Positions 40,426-50,250 of a DNA stretch of 64,000 bases are shown piece by piece. Made by a program: the position numbers and the translations under genes. Source of the stretch: a virus; IMG/VR virus record IMGVR_UViG_3300022907_000005, positions 32,484 through 96,483 of that record; one strand, 5' to 3'. Every line of letters begins with the position of its first letter. Position 1 is the stretch's first letter. The notes under the pieces are model-generated. The model worked only from the letters and a program-made list of their open reading frames with translations, searched no databases and was not told where the DNA came from.

Positions 40426-42021
40426 TTAAAAATTGAATATTACTTTTACAGTTTCGACTTGATCTGCGTCTCTAGTAATAGGTTTTCGGTTGTCAATGTA
40501 CATCACATCGCCTGAGTGTACTGACATCTCTGGACTTGTCAAACTATTTATAGTCATTCCGGTAACGCCCGTATTTACGTTATTGAAAGAGCCGCCTACA
40601 GTTATACCTGGGAGAATCTCTTGTAAATATACTGTTTCGATGGTACCGTCATTATTTGTATCTAGTTTCTGAATGACCCTAAATCTACCACCACTATCAA
40701 CAGTAATTATGTCATCTAGATTATACGAAGATGGATTTGATACTGTTATAATAAAACACGGGGTGCCGGTAGACAATGTGAACAATGCATCTTCAGCATA
40801 ATTTTGTATATTCTTGATCAGACCAATCTGTCTGAATTCGTTACCAATAATGATATCATCATTCGTGCTTGTCAATGAAGTTGTAATACCTACATTGCTT
40901 GCGAATAATTCTTTGGGAGGATTTCCCCCATGACCTTCGTATGGGCCTACAATAGCTCGCAGTGTGCAGCCTGTACCACTGCCTACCGTCTGCGTTAAAG
41001 TTAAAGTAGCAAATGTATACCCCGAGCCTGGATTCGTCACGTTGACTCCTGTGACTGTTCCTGCTGCATCTACTGTAGCACTTCCAGTTGCGCCAGTGCC
41101 ATCGCCGTTAATCAATACGACTACATCTCCTTGGATGTAATCTTGACCGCCGGCAGTGACCAGTACTCTATCAAGCGTTCCGGAGACCGCAGTTGACTCT
41201 ACTGCTTGTTGCAATGAAGGTGTTTCAGTAGATCCTAAAACCGCAGTAGCTGTTGCGCCTGTACCATCTGTACTTGTAATATTTACAATCGCAAACGAAT
41301 ACCCCGTTCCCGCTGATGTTATAGTTATCGCTGACACCGCGTCGCCGGTAATAGTTGCAGTTGCTGTTGCTCCAGTGCCGTCACCAGTAACAACAACCGT
41401 TGCATTAGTGTAGCTAGAACCGCCGGCAGTGACTGATATTGAATCAATTTCACCGTTAACATCAAATGCAGGATTACCTGTTCCCGCAACCTTTCTTACG
41501 GGCATAAACGCAGACGATAAAAATTTAGTTCTGTCTGCCGCGCCTATTTGATACATGAATTTCCAAACGTATCCGTCGCTCAATTCAAATATTTCTGTGC
41601 CTGTTGCTGTAGGTTCAACGGTACTAGCTGAATTGCCGTTATTATTCAGACATTTGTATACGTTGAAATCATCTGTCATCACATAGAAATTAGCGTCTGC
41701 TAAATTGGTAGCACCTGAATTCGATTGATATGCAGATGAATAACTGTCATCATATTGATCGTACACCGTGCCTGTAACCCAATCGTATCTCTTAGTCAAA
41801 AGAACCGTATCCGCTGCCCCGATTTTTTTCACAAAAAGCATATCACGCTTATATTGCTGCATATATGCCTGTGAGTCTACCGGTGTTTCTGGCAAGGCAT
41901 CGTCATCCCAGGCTTGTGCCCGGGATGCGAAAACATAAAAATAATCGTTTACGTTATGTATATCTCTAAAAAAAGATCTAGCTAACTGTTGACGACCGGT
42001 TCTTCTAACTAAGATTGTCAT
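40426..42021 (-). CDS. gp8: Baseplate wedge subunit gp8
   Basis: FYVMTDDFNVYKCL, DGYVWKFMY, FRQIGLIKN, SGDVMYIDNRKPITR and VIFNF motifs. Confidence 0.9.
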   Translation of the reverse strand: MTILVRRTGRQQLARSFFRDIHNVNDYFYVFASRAQAWDDDALPETPVDSQAYMQQYKRDMLFVKKIGAADTVLLTKRYDWVTGTVYDQYDDSYSSAYQSNSGATNLADANFYVMTDDFNVYKCLNNNGNSASTVEPTATGTEIFELSDGYVWKFMYQIGAADRTKFLSSAFMPVRKVAGTGNPAFDVNGEIDSISVTAGGSSYTNATVVVTGDGTGATATATITGDAVSAITITSAGTGYSFAIVNITSTDGTGATATAVLGSTETPSLQQAVESTAVSGTLDRVLVTAGGQDYIQGDVVVLINGDGTGATGSATVDAAGTVTGVNVTNPGSGYTFATLTLTQTVGSGTGCTLRAIVGPYEGHGGNPPKELFASNVGITTSLTSTNDDIIIGNEFRQIGLIKNIQNYAEDALFTLSTGTPCFIITVSNPSSYNLDDIITVDSGGRFRVIQKLDTNNDGTIETVYLQEILPGITVGGSFNNVNTGVTGMTINSLTSPEMSVHSGDVMYIDNRKPITRDADQVETVKVIFNF

Positions 42022-42032
42022 TCTAACTCCTA

Positions 42033-42488
42033 TTAGGTGTCAGAAACAGTGACAGTCCACGTGATCTTCAACGTATCATCAGCGCCTTTATTGACCACTG
42101 AAAACACTGTCCTACATAGAAGGGTGCCACCTGAAGCAGCGTTAAGTACACCCGCTTCTACAATTGCGCCAGTACCAGTACCTGCAGGAAAGTCACCAAT
42201 ATATTCGATGGCATTCGATGTTACAGTAGTGCTTGTGAGCGCCACTCTTGAAGCAGCAATAGCTGCACCCAAAGCAGTGTCGCCAGCAGCGGCTGCTGTA
42301 TTGTCGGTGCCAACTTCCATATGAGACATAGCAGTTGCACTTGCATCTTTCATTCTAGATGCGATGTAATCTAGGCCAGTGTCAACAACAAGGTTGCTCA
42401 CTACTTGCTCATCTTTGATCGTACCTTCAGGCGAGATAAGTTGTAATTTAACTTGACCTTGCGCTCTGGTTTTTTCTAAGTTAAACAT
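42033..42488 (-). CDS. Conserved phage structural protein
   Basis: NLVVDTGL...MEVGT...EAGVLNA...RTVFSVVNKG..DTL.ITW pattern; has its own late promoter. Confidence 0.65.
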   Translation of the reverse strand: MFNLEKTRAQGQVKLQLISPEGTIKDEQVVSNLVVDTGLDYIASRMKDASATAMSHMEVGTDNTAAAAGDTALGAAIAASRVALTSTTVTSNAIEYIGDFPAGTGTGAIVEAGVLNAASGGTLLCRTVFSVVNKGADDTLKITWTVTVSDT

Positions 42489-42526
42489 TTTTGGTTGTTC
42501 TCCGTTTTCGTAAAATGTTATTTAGT

Positions 42527-42534
42527 TATTTATA
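42527..42534 (-). promoter_or_regulatory. T4 late promoter
   Basis: TATAAATA on the minus strand. Confidence 0.75.
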
Positions 42535-42537
42535 CAG

Positions 42538-45500
42538 TTAAAAAGTAGTAGATGATACTCCTGAGTAACTTTCTACATAGTCCTCAGCAAAATAGTCCCC
42601 AGCGTAATTTTGCATATAAATCGTTCCAGCATCAGAAACTTCATAGTTGTCTGCTTTAGTTGCTACAAAAAGCAATATTGCAGGATCTACAAAGTCTGCT
42701 GTATCAGCAAGCGGTTTGCCTACATCGAATGAATCCAATGCATCGCCAGTTGTTGGGTTCTCAGTCTTTATTAAGTTTGGCTGCAATGAAGGAGCGTCTT
42801 GTATTTCAAGCTGCTCTGCTTTAACCAAACCAATTGCAAATATAGCTGCGTCTTGTGTAAACGGATCTTCTGTTGGATTTCTAAGAATCTGTAATAGTGT
42901 ATCAAAGGTTTCTGAGAAAGTTATGGATTCTGTGATATTGTTCTTGTTAAATGCTTTCCCAACTACTTCAGGTAAATCAACAGTTTCTGTCTTATTTAGT
43001 TCGACATCAAAATCAACATTTGTGTCGTCCATCTCAGCCGTTTCTGTCTTCACTAGTCCAGGCTCAAGAATAGCCTCATCATCCTGTGTCGCAAAAGTAT
43101 CAGAGACTGGTCGAGAAAAACTCAGTATTACTAACTCTTGAGTCACCGGCGTCTCAATAGTAGGCGTGACATACAAAGCATACGCTGTCGGTCTAATATT
43201 GAAACTAAGTCCAACGTTAACATCGTGCAAGATTTGTAAATCAGAAAATGCAACCATGCCTGAAGGATTTGCAATTCTATCTAATATCTCACCCCACACA
43301 CCTTTAGGCTGTGACGATTGTATCTGATATGAATAAGATTGATAGATTTTATTATCTTGTAAGCGGTTTGCGTCAGACAAAAATCCTTGTGAATTTTTAA
43401 ATTGACCAGGGAACGTGTGCGCGAAGCCTGTTGTACAAGTGATAACAGCACTTTCACCATTCCCGCTGTTGCAAGTAAAATCAAATGTCTGTCTTTGAAA
43501 TAATACACCTGTTGCAATGATATCAAATGTTAACGGATAATTGGATGTATCAATTGTACTGATTCGTATATATGCATTATTATCCACACCTGTTAGGGTG
43601 TAATCTTCAGAGAAATAATCAATAGCGTATTCACCCAATACATTGCCAGCTTCAGCTACCTTGAATACTTGACCAATTTTAAACCCACCGTCCGCAGCAC
43701 CGGTATTACTTTTTAGAGCAGTTGCATTTAATACTCTAACTAAGAATGCTCTTTTGTTTTCTATTTGATCCAGAGTCTCATTTTCAAATGAAATATATGA
43801 ACGATAAGGTGTAGTATCCAATACTAAAGTTGGTGCAGTATTATAACCAAGACCTTCTTCAGATATTACAATGCTTGAAATAACGTTGCTAGTAAGTCGA
43901 GTTTCAATAGTAGCGACAGTTGTTATTGTATCAGTAGGATCCGCTAGTACAATGACATCAGGATTTGCGCTGTAACCTTGACCTGCATCAGCAATTGTTA
44001 CACTTTTAATTGCACCTTCTGTAATAGTAGCAACATTAAACGTCAGTGCAGCACCGCCGCCGCCTCCCAATATAGCATCAGGAATAGTGATAGTCTCCCC
44101 TGGTGCATAGTCAATGCCAACAGTATCTACTGTAATAGTAGCAGCACCGGATCCATTAACTACTACTGTAAATTGTGCGCCAGTTCCATTGCCCGATGTA
44201 GTAAACCCAGTATCGATATCATAACTGCCGGCAGCTCTGAGAACGTCTGCTGCACCAATTGTACCAACAGTTGCAATCTTACCACCGATGACAGCAGTTA
44301 GTTCTCCTAACACACCAGGTCCAGGTATTGCGGTATCTGCGACTAAATCCAAGTCCAATTCATACGTTGCTGGATTAGTAAATGCAATCTTTTTAGCCTG
44401 CGTGATTGCAGTTGTAAATTTCTTTCTTACTGTTATAGATGCGGTAGATTCGTAATAATGAATATCTACCTTTCTTGCCTGAAGATCTAGAGGATTGTAA
44501 TCAGTTGCCCTCTCGTCGTTCTCCGTTACCTTAATTGCAAGTTTCTTAGACCAAATACCATCAGAAGGTCGAAGCACATACTCAGAAGGTTTAAATACTT
44601 CTACTTCTTCCCCATACATCATTCTGAAAAAAGTCTTTATGCTTTCAGATGATCCTTTAGATGTGTAAAAATCACGAATACGTTTAATCAACAAACGAGT
44701 ATCAATTTCTTTACTGTCAGGGAAGTCTAGTGCATATTGCTGCAACAATGTTTCTAAGAAATCACCATGATAATGTGATACACTAAATCTGTCTAATAAT
44801 TCTTGCAATACATAATTTGGTGACTGTGACGATGCACCTATTGCAGTAGTGACATCTGAATCTGCATCTAAGAATGAGAAATAAGTTGTAATGAAATTAG
44901 AGAATTTTGGATACTCATCTCGTATCCATTCAGGTATCTGGTATTCTGAGATATAAGAAAAATTTTGGTGAAAGTATAATTGTGGTCTATTCAGATAAAA
45001 AATAGAAGGTGTTAATACTGCGCCTGATCCACTAGCTATAGTCGCTGCTGTGAGTATTATATCAGCCGCTGATCCATCACCACCAACAGAAGTGTCTGCG
45101 ATTGTGATCGTGTCGCCTTCTGCGTATCCTGTTCCCGCAGCAGTGACAGTTGCACCAGTAACTTGACCACTAGCATTTACTACTATTCTAAACTGCGCAC
45201 CGGTACCTATTCCTGAAGAGCTTACTTGGCCAACATTATTAAAAGTTCCCGTGCCTCTGTTAGAATCATCTTGTGCTGTAAACGAGACAGTAGATAGTAT
45301 GCCTACAAGTTTTACTGTGGGTGTAACATCATACCCATCACCTGCTTCAGTTATGGTTACTACTTCTACTGCACCGTTTGAAATAGCAACCGTTGCCACT
45401 GCCTGGACTTTATCTTGCCCTGTATTACTAGCTGTTGGCGCGCTTATAAAAATACTGGGTGGATTAACACTGCTATAATTACTTCCCGCAGAAGTGATTA

Positions 45501-45546
45501 CTATGGATTCAATATACTGCTTAAAGTTTGGTCCTGTTCTAGACAT
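42538..45546 (-). CDS. gp7: Baseplate wedge initiator, gp7-like
   Basis: QIPEWIRDEYPKF, FYTSKGSSESIKTFFRMMYG, LQDNKIYQSYSYQI and NPSGM motifs; lies between gp6 and gp8. Confidence 0.75.
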   Translation of the reverse strand: MSRTGPNFKQYIESIVITSAGSNYSSVNPPSIFISAPTASNTGQDKVQAVATVAISNGAVEVVTITEAGDGYDVTPTVKLVGILSTVSFTAQDDSNRGTGTFNNVGQVSSSGIGTGAQFRIVVNASGQVTGATVTAAGTGYAEGDTITIADTSVGGDGSAADIILTAATIASGSGAVLTPSIFYLNRPQLYFHQNFSYISEYQIPEWIRDEYPKFSNFITTYFSFLDADSDVTTAIGASSQSPNYVLQELLDRFSVSHYHGDFLETLLQQYALDFPDSKEIDTRLLIKRIRDFYTSKGSSESIKTFFRMMYGEEVEVFKPSEYVLRPSDGIWSKKLAIKVTENDERATDYNPLDLQARKVDIHYYESTASITVRKKFTTAITQAKKIAFTNPATYELDLDLVADTAIPGPGVLGELTAVIGGKIATVGTIGAADVLRAAGSYDIDTGFTTSGNGTGAQFTVVVNGSGAATITVDTVGIDYAPGETITIPDAILGGGGGAALTFNVATITEGAIKSVTIADAGQGYSANPDVIVLADPTDTITTVATIETRLTSNVISSIVISEEGLGYNTAPTLVLDTTPYRSYISFENETLDQIENKRAFLVRVLNATALKSNTGAADGGFKIGQVFKVAEAGNVLGEYAIDYFSEDYTLTGVDNNAYIRISTIDTSNYPLTFDIIATGVLFQRQTFDFTCNSGNGESAVITCTTGFAHTFPGQFKNSQGFLSDANRLQDNKIYQSYSYQIQSSQPKGVWGEILDRIANPSGMVAFSDLQILHDVNVGLSFNIRPTAYALYVTPTIETPVTQELVILSFSRPVSDTFATQDDEAILEPGLVKTETAEMDDTNVDFDVELNKTETVDLPEVVGKAFNKNNITESITFSETFDTLLQILRNPTEDPFTQDAAIFAIGLVKAEQLEIQDAPSLQPNLIKTENPTTGDALDSFDVGKPLADTADFVDPAILLFVATKADNYEVSDAGTIYMQNYAGDYFAEDYVESYSGVSSTTF

Positions 45547-47465
45547 TAGTAATCAGACACCCTAGCAGTTGCGTTGACCGTCACCCCAGAAAACACGTTG
45601 TTGGGTATATCTCCCGTAGTGTTATCTAAAACCAGTATGACGTTCTTAGATGGTTGTGGCATAACGGCAGACCCAGAAGATGACTCCACTGTAGTTGAAA
45701 CTAGTATTTGAGTTTTGATATCTTTCGATGTTTCATGTGGGGTTACTGTCACGCTCAGTGTTGTATTGTTCGTTCCTGAGATAGCTGTAATCTTTGTGCC
45801 GTTTAAAATAACAAGACCTGTGTCATAATTAACAGTGCCTGCATTTGCGACAACCGTTGTGTCACCCGATATTGTTTTCAGCGCAATTGTTCCGCTACCA
45901 TTGTATGCAGGAGCAACAACAGTCGCGTCTGGCACATCAACCAGTTTAACTTCATAAACTTTACCATTGACATCTACACTGAAATTGTTGCTGTTCAATG
46001 CATAAGGATTGATCTTATTATTAAAGTCAAATTGATATTTTGTTGATATGTTCAAAGCAGGAGTTGCTGTCTTTTTCAGTCTAAGCGCAATATTCGCGCC
46101 AATAATTGAATTGTCGGCTTTAACAAGTGCAGTAGCCAATGATGAATAATAGAAATTAGTATCTAGGGTGTTTAGTGTAGTATCAAAGAAATTAGTGATT
46201 TCATCGTCTACAATGGTTGCTATCTCACCTGATGTTGATGTAGTTCTCTTTGAGTCATAATCAACATTCACATCCATACCGATGCTTGTAAACTCTGGAT
46301 CTACAAATTCGGTCAACAAGGAGATGGGCTGTCTAGGCTCAATAAAATCTTTTAAGATTCTGTCCTTATCAACGTCTGTGATAATGAAACCATCTTTTGC
46401 TTGCAATGAAACAAATACTTTGCCGTAAATTGGGGGAACGTTTCTTTCTCCGCCCCACACAGCAACCGATTTTACATTTGGGTTGTTGTCTAGTATCAAA
46501 CTTTGATAATCGTTTGATGTGATTGCTCTATTCTTTGTAGCATTAAATCTCGGAGCACTAAAACGTATGCTATCCGTAGACTCTTGTGATGCACCACCAG
46601 ATGCCTGAGATACTAAAGTTATCGTAGTGGTTGAGCCAGAACCCGTAAGACCTGATGGGGGTTGAAAGACTTTTGCTCCGTTACCAGCTTCAGCGTTTGT
46701 TGCAATATAATCAACTCTAACAACGTTGCCTACTGTTAACTTATTACCAATATTACCATCACCAAATATTACTTGATAGTAACCATTCAGAGCCTCTTCA
46801 ATAAAAAATACTTTACTGTCGCCTTTAACTGAAATGATGTTATCAGAAAAATTGTATGTTGTCAATGTAACATCAGTCAACGAGGCTTGCACACGCACTC
46901 TTGTTGTTGTAGTGTCTACATCAGGATTCGCCATCAGCACTGGTCCCTGTACACTAGTATTTTCTACCAGTTCAGAGTTTATTACTCTTGACCCTTCTAT
47001 AATCTCAACATTTGTGAACGAGAATACTTCTACACCATTTAATAAAGACCTATCTGCAACATAATCTTCTTTCGGGTAATAGTTTAATGTTTTACCGTCA
47101 ACAGAACTTTTAAAAATAGAATCTCTTGATAGTGTAAAATTGCTACCAACGTATGAGGAAGATGGTACAATAGTTACATTTATGATAGCTCTTGCTGCTC
47201 TAGCTGACCTTGCTGTGTATCCCATAGTCTTAGCAATAGATGCTACTGAATTCCTCTTTACCGCAGAATCTAGAAATGCTTCATTAGCTGTCATGTGTGC
47301 CAACATAGCATTGTAGTGTGTGTTGTATGACAGCAGATCAATCAACACAGCCATACCAGAGGCTTCAAAATCATAGTCTTGAAACTCGGTTTGATCTTGC
47401 AGGTACAATTTTAGATTGTTTTTAATACCTTCAAAATCTAGTTCTGTTAAACTTCGTGTTGCCAT
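45546..47465 (-). CDS. gp6: Baseplate wedge subunit gp6
   Basis: LDFEGIK, DYDFEASG, NEAFLDSA, RAITSNDY and AVWGGE motifs. Confidence 0.96.
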   Translation of the reverse strand: MATRSLTELDFEGIKNNLKLYLQDQTEFQDYDFEASGMAVLIDLLSYNTHYNAMLAHMTANEAFLDSAVKRNSVASIAKTMGYTARSARAARAIINVTIVPSSSYVGSNFTLSRDSIFKSSVDGKTLNYYPKEDYVADRSLLNGVEVFSFTNVEIIEGSRVINSELVENTSVQGPVLMANPDVDTTTTRVRVQASLTDVTLTTYNFSDNIISVKGDSKVFFIEEALNGYYQVIFGDGNIGNKLTVGNVVRVDYIATNAEAGNGAKVFQPPSGLTGSGSTTTITLVSQASGGASQESTDSIRFSAPRFNATKNRAITSNDYQSLILDNNPNVKSVAVWGGERNVPPIYGKVFVSLQAKDGFIITDVDKDRILKDFIEPRQPISLLTEFVDPEFTSIGMDVNVDYDSKRTTSTSGEIATIVDDEITNFFDTTLNTLDTNFYYSSLATALVKADNSIIGANIALRLKKTATPALNISTKYQFDFNNKINPYALNSNNFSVDVNGKVYEVKLVDVPDATVVAPAYNGSGTIALKTISGDTTVVANAGTVNYDTGLVILNGTKITAISGTNNTTLSVTVTPHETSKDIKTQILVSTTVESSSGSAVMPQPSKNVILVLDNTTGDIPNNVFSGVTVNATARVSDY

Positions 47466-47502
47466 GTTTGATCTCTTTTGATTTTATTTATGCACTAAAA
47501 AA

Positions 47503-47892
47503 TTATCTAACTCTCTTCAGAGAGGTGCTAAATGTCTGTGGTGCTGACACACCCAAAACATGAAAGTCAAGTTGTATCTTATACAAATTATTGTTAAAGT
47601 CAGGGTAAACTATTACTTGGTCGATCCTAACTCTCGGCTCGTAATTTGATATAGTTTCATCGATTATATTAGCAATTGCACTCGCTGTAATGTTGTCCAT
47701 TGGTTCAAACAACAACCCTGCAATAGGCGATCCATAATTTGGTGCAAATGGCTTAGAATAAAAAGGGGTAAGCATTATATTTTTTAACGCTTGCTTCACT
47801 GCTTCAACATTAGTTTTTTTGTAGATATCCTGAGTTACAGGATTTGCTGCAAAATCCATATCTATATCTGAGTATATTCTTGCTGTAGCCAT
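47503..47892 (-). CDS. gp25: Baseplate wedge subunit gp25
   Basis: YSDIDM, AVKQALKN, LLFEP and NYEPRV motifs. Confidence 0.95.
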   Translation of the reverse strand: MATARIYSDIDMDFAANPVTQDIYKKTNVEAVKQALKNIMLTPFYSKPFAPNYGSPIAGLLFEPMDNITASAIANIIDETISNYEPRVRIDQVIVYPDFNNNLYKIQLDFHVLGVSAPQTFSTSLKRVR

Positions 47893-47898
47893 AATAGT

Positions 47899-47906
47899 TA
47901 TTTATA
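47899..47906 (-). promoter_or_regulatory. T4 late promoter 6 nt upstream of the gp25 ATG
   Basis: TATAAATA-ACTATT-ATG on the minus strand. Confidence 0.75.
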
Positions 47907-47912
47907 TGTCCT

Positions 47913-48710
47913 TTAGTTGCCGGATACGGTATCTACTGTACTTTCTACAGTGTCTAAGCCTTCTTGTACTTTATCTAATATATCACCAAATAAATTGTCG
48001 CCAGCACCTTCTTTCAACGCGCCAAACGGGTTGCCGCCTTTGAGTGCGTCTAATGAGATGTTTCGTTTTCTAGCGAATCTAGGCACGCCATTCATTCTAA
48101 ATGCTTGTCCAGGTTCTTCGCTCACAGTGAATCCTTGTTTATCTGGGTCCAACTCTACCTCGACTTCTACATTCCTAGCAGCGTCTTTGAAGTTGCCAAC
48201 TACATCTGGGAATTTACCTTCTGCTGCAATACGCTTTACATTGATTTCTGGCATCGATAATGGAATGCCTTTCAGTACAAACTCACCACCAATGTTTTGT
48301 ATGTTAGGAACAATCTCACATATCTTGTCAAGATCATTTCCTGCTTCGTTTAAAATGCCTACGATATTATCAATATCAACATCTAAATCGCCGTATTTGT
48401 CTTTAAGATTCTTCAAATATAATGCAGAACCTACAACACCTGCTGCGACACCAGCATATTCATCAACAAAGCCTTTTATATCAGCCGGCAGTCCTGGAAT
48501 CACACCGCCTAGTGCATCAAGAGGATTTGCCAAGAGTTGATTTAAAAGTTGTATCTTTGACTGCAACGAAGTCAGCAATTGCGCTTCCACGTATCCTGGA
48601 ATGGATGCGATTTTAAACGGTAACGCTACTAATGCAGTATCTGCAATAGTGAGTAATTGCTCAACGTTAGCTGATAAATCCTTTACAAGTTCTGCGGGAC
48701 CACAAGACAT
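47913..48710 (-). CDS. Hypothetical helical protein between gp5 and gp25
   Basis: AGGAG SD; 265 aa; no family recognised. Confidence 0.65.
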   Translation of the reverse strand: MSCGPAELVKDLSANVEQLLTIADTALVALPFKIASIPGYVEAQLLTSLQSKIQLLNQLLANPLDALGGVIPGLPADIKGFVDEYAGVAAGVVGSALYLKNLKDKYGDLDVDIDNIVGILNEAGNDLDKICEIVPNIQNIGGEFVLKGIPLSMPEINVKRIAAEGKFPDVVGNFKDAARNVEVEVELDPDKQGFTVSEEPGQAFRMNGVPRFARKRNISLDALKGGNPFGALKEGAGDNLFGDILDKVQEGLDTVESTVDTVSGN

Positions 48711-48723
48711 TTAAAACTCCTTA

Positions 48724-50250
48724 TTAAAATGAGACTGGGGGTGTTGTTCCGCCAGCTGGCGGAACACCAGCAGAGGACCCGCCGATTACACCGTGTCTGT
48801 GTGTTGCCAAAGTTGCAAGACCAGATGCAATTAATGGTGCGACAACAGACGTTGCGGTAACTGCCCCAGTACACGCTACAGTTGCAGACGTAATTGTCAC
48901 GCCTGCTGCTGTAATACCTAGTGCGGCTGTTGTTATCGATGTTGCCGCAGATACTTGCGTGTATGCCGCAGAATTCACGATGTGCGCACCGATCGTATTA
49001 GTTGTGAAGATACCACCAGTATTGATTGTTGTCGCGCCAATCGTACCGACATTAAAAAACCCGGATGAGAAACTAATTGCACCTGTAAGTGCAGTACCGA
49101 AGTCCATATCTCGCAATGAGAATACTCGATACGCGCCTAGTTCGGATGTGATGTTGTATCCCATCAATGCTGACTGAATGATCTTCATGCCTACTTGTGT
49201 ATTGTAGTTCTGACCGACCATCACATCTCTACGACCTAGAACAGTAAGTTTGTCACCGCCCAATCCTAGTCCGCCCTGACTACCTACACGAACGCCTCTG
49301 TTACCGTTGATGTTCATACCGTAATCTGATTCGATCTCACTTACATGATTACCCTGTGTCTTCTCATGTCGAGTTCCTCGAACAGTAGAAAACTTATTGC
49401 CTGTGATGTCTTCATAAAAGTCACCCTTGACATTCAGCGTCATGTCACCTTCTACAGTGATATTAAAGTCACCCTTGATAAACATATTTTTATCTTTGAT
49501 GACTATCTCATAATCTTCACCAACGACTTTGTTTACTTTTGTTCCATCGGGCTGTATCTCTTCAAACGTCCCTGTTCTATGAAAGTTGTGAATTCTTTCT
49601 GCACCTGGGGTATCATCGACTTCAAATATATGACCACTTTCAGTTTCTCGCACATGATTGTATGGGTACTTTGTTTTCGTTTCCGCTGACCCTTGAGGAT
49701 CGGGTTCGTCCCAAGATGATTCGGTCTTCCTAGCTTTTACTGGATCGCCATCGATCTCAGGTGCAAATGCAATTGGCACACCTTCTACTTTCATTTCACG
49801 CTTGACTGCTAAAGAATAATGCTTCTCTGCAATGTCTTCTCTACTGAGTCTAGGTATGTCAGACTCTGGAACTGTGTTTCTGCCTGATGCATTATCACTG
49901 AATGGGTAGACGCCATTAGGATCATTGAATCCAACGTTTTCATTTGGTGGCTGCATAGAAAGTGCAGACAGAGATCCCATAATGACAGGTATCTGTGAAT
50001 CGGCGCCATCAGCAAAAAACCCAAATACATGTGAGCCTTCTACAAGTCCGGTTGCTGATTGTCCTATACCCGAAACACTTGCTGAAGTTACTGGATTCAT
50101 TAGCACTGCAAGAGGCAGATCTTCTGTAGGTAACTCCGATTTGTCCGCAGTGTGATATCCTAAGATTCTTACTCGCACTCTTCCGATTTTAGCAGGATCG
50201 TTTCTATCTTCTACTACACCTTGCCACCATGTAAATTGCGGATATATCAT
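48724..50250 (-). CDS. gp5: Baseplate central spike gp5 without a lysozyme domain
   Basis: WWQGVVEDRNDP..GRVRVR OB-fold, YPYNHVRETESGH and DDTPGAERI motifs, beta-helix repeats, C-terminal THRH. Confidence 0.92.
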   Translation of the reverse strand: MIYPQFTWWQGVVEDRNDPAKIGRVRVRILGYHTADKSELPTEDLPLAVLMNPVTSASVSGIGQSATGLVEGSHVFGFFADGADSQIPVIMGSLSALSMQPPNENVGFNDPNGVYPFSDNASGRNTVPESDIPRLSREDIAEKHYSLAVKREMKVEGVPIAFAPEIDGDPVKARKTESSWDEPDPQGSAETKTKYPYNHVRETESGHIFEVDDTPGAERIHNFHRTGTFEEIQPDGTKVNKVVGEDYEIVIKDKNMFIKGDFNITVEGDMTLNVKGDFYEDITGNKFSTVRGTRHEKTQGNHVSEIESDYGMNINGNRGVRVGSQGGLGLGGDKLTVLGRRDVMVGQNYNTQVGMKIIQSALMGYNITSELGAYRVFSLRDMDFGTALTGAISFSSGFFNVGTIGATTINTGGIFTTNTIGAHIVNSAAYTQVSAATSITTAALGITAAGVTITSATVACTGAVTATSVVAPLIASGLATLATHRHGVIGGSSAGVPPAGGTTPPVSF

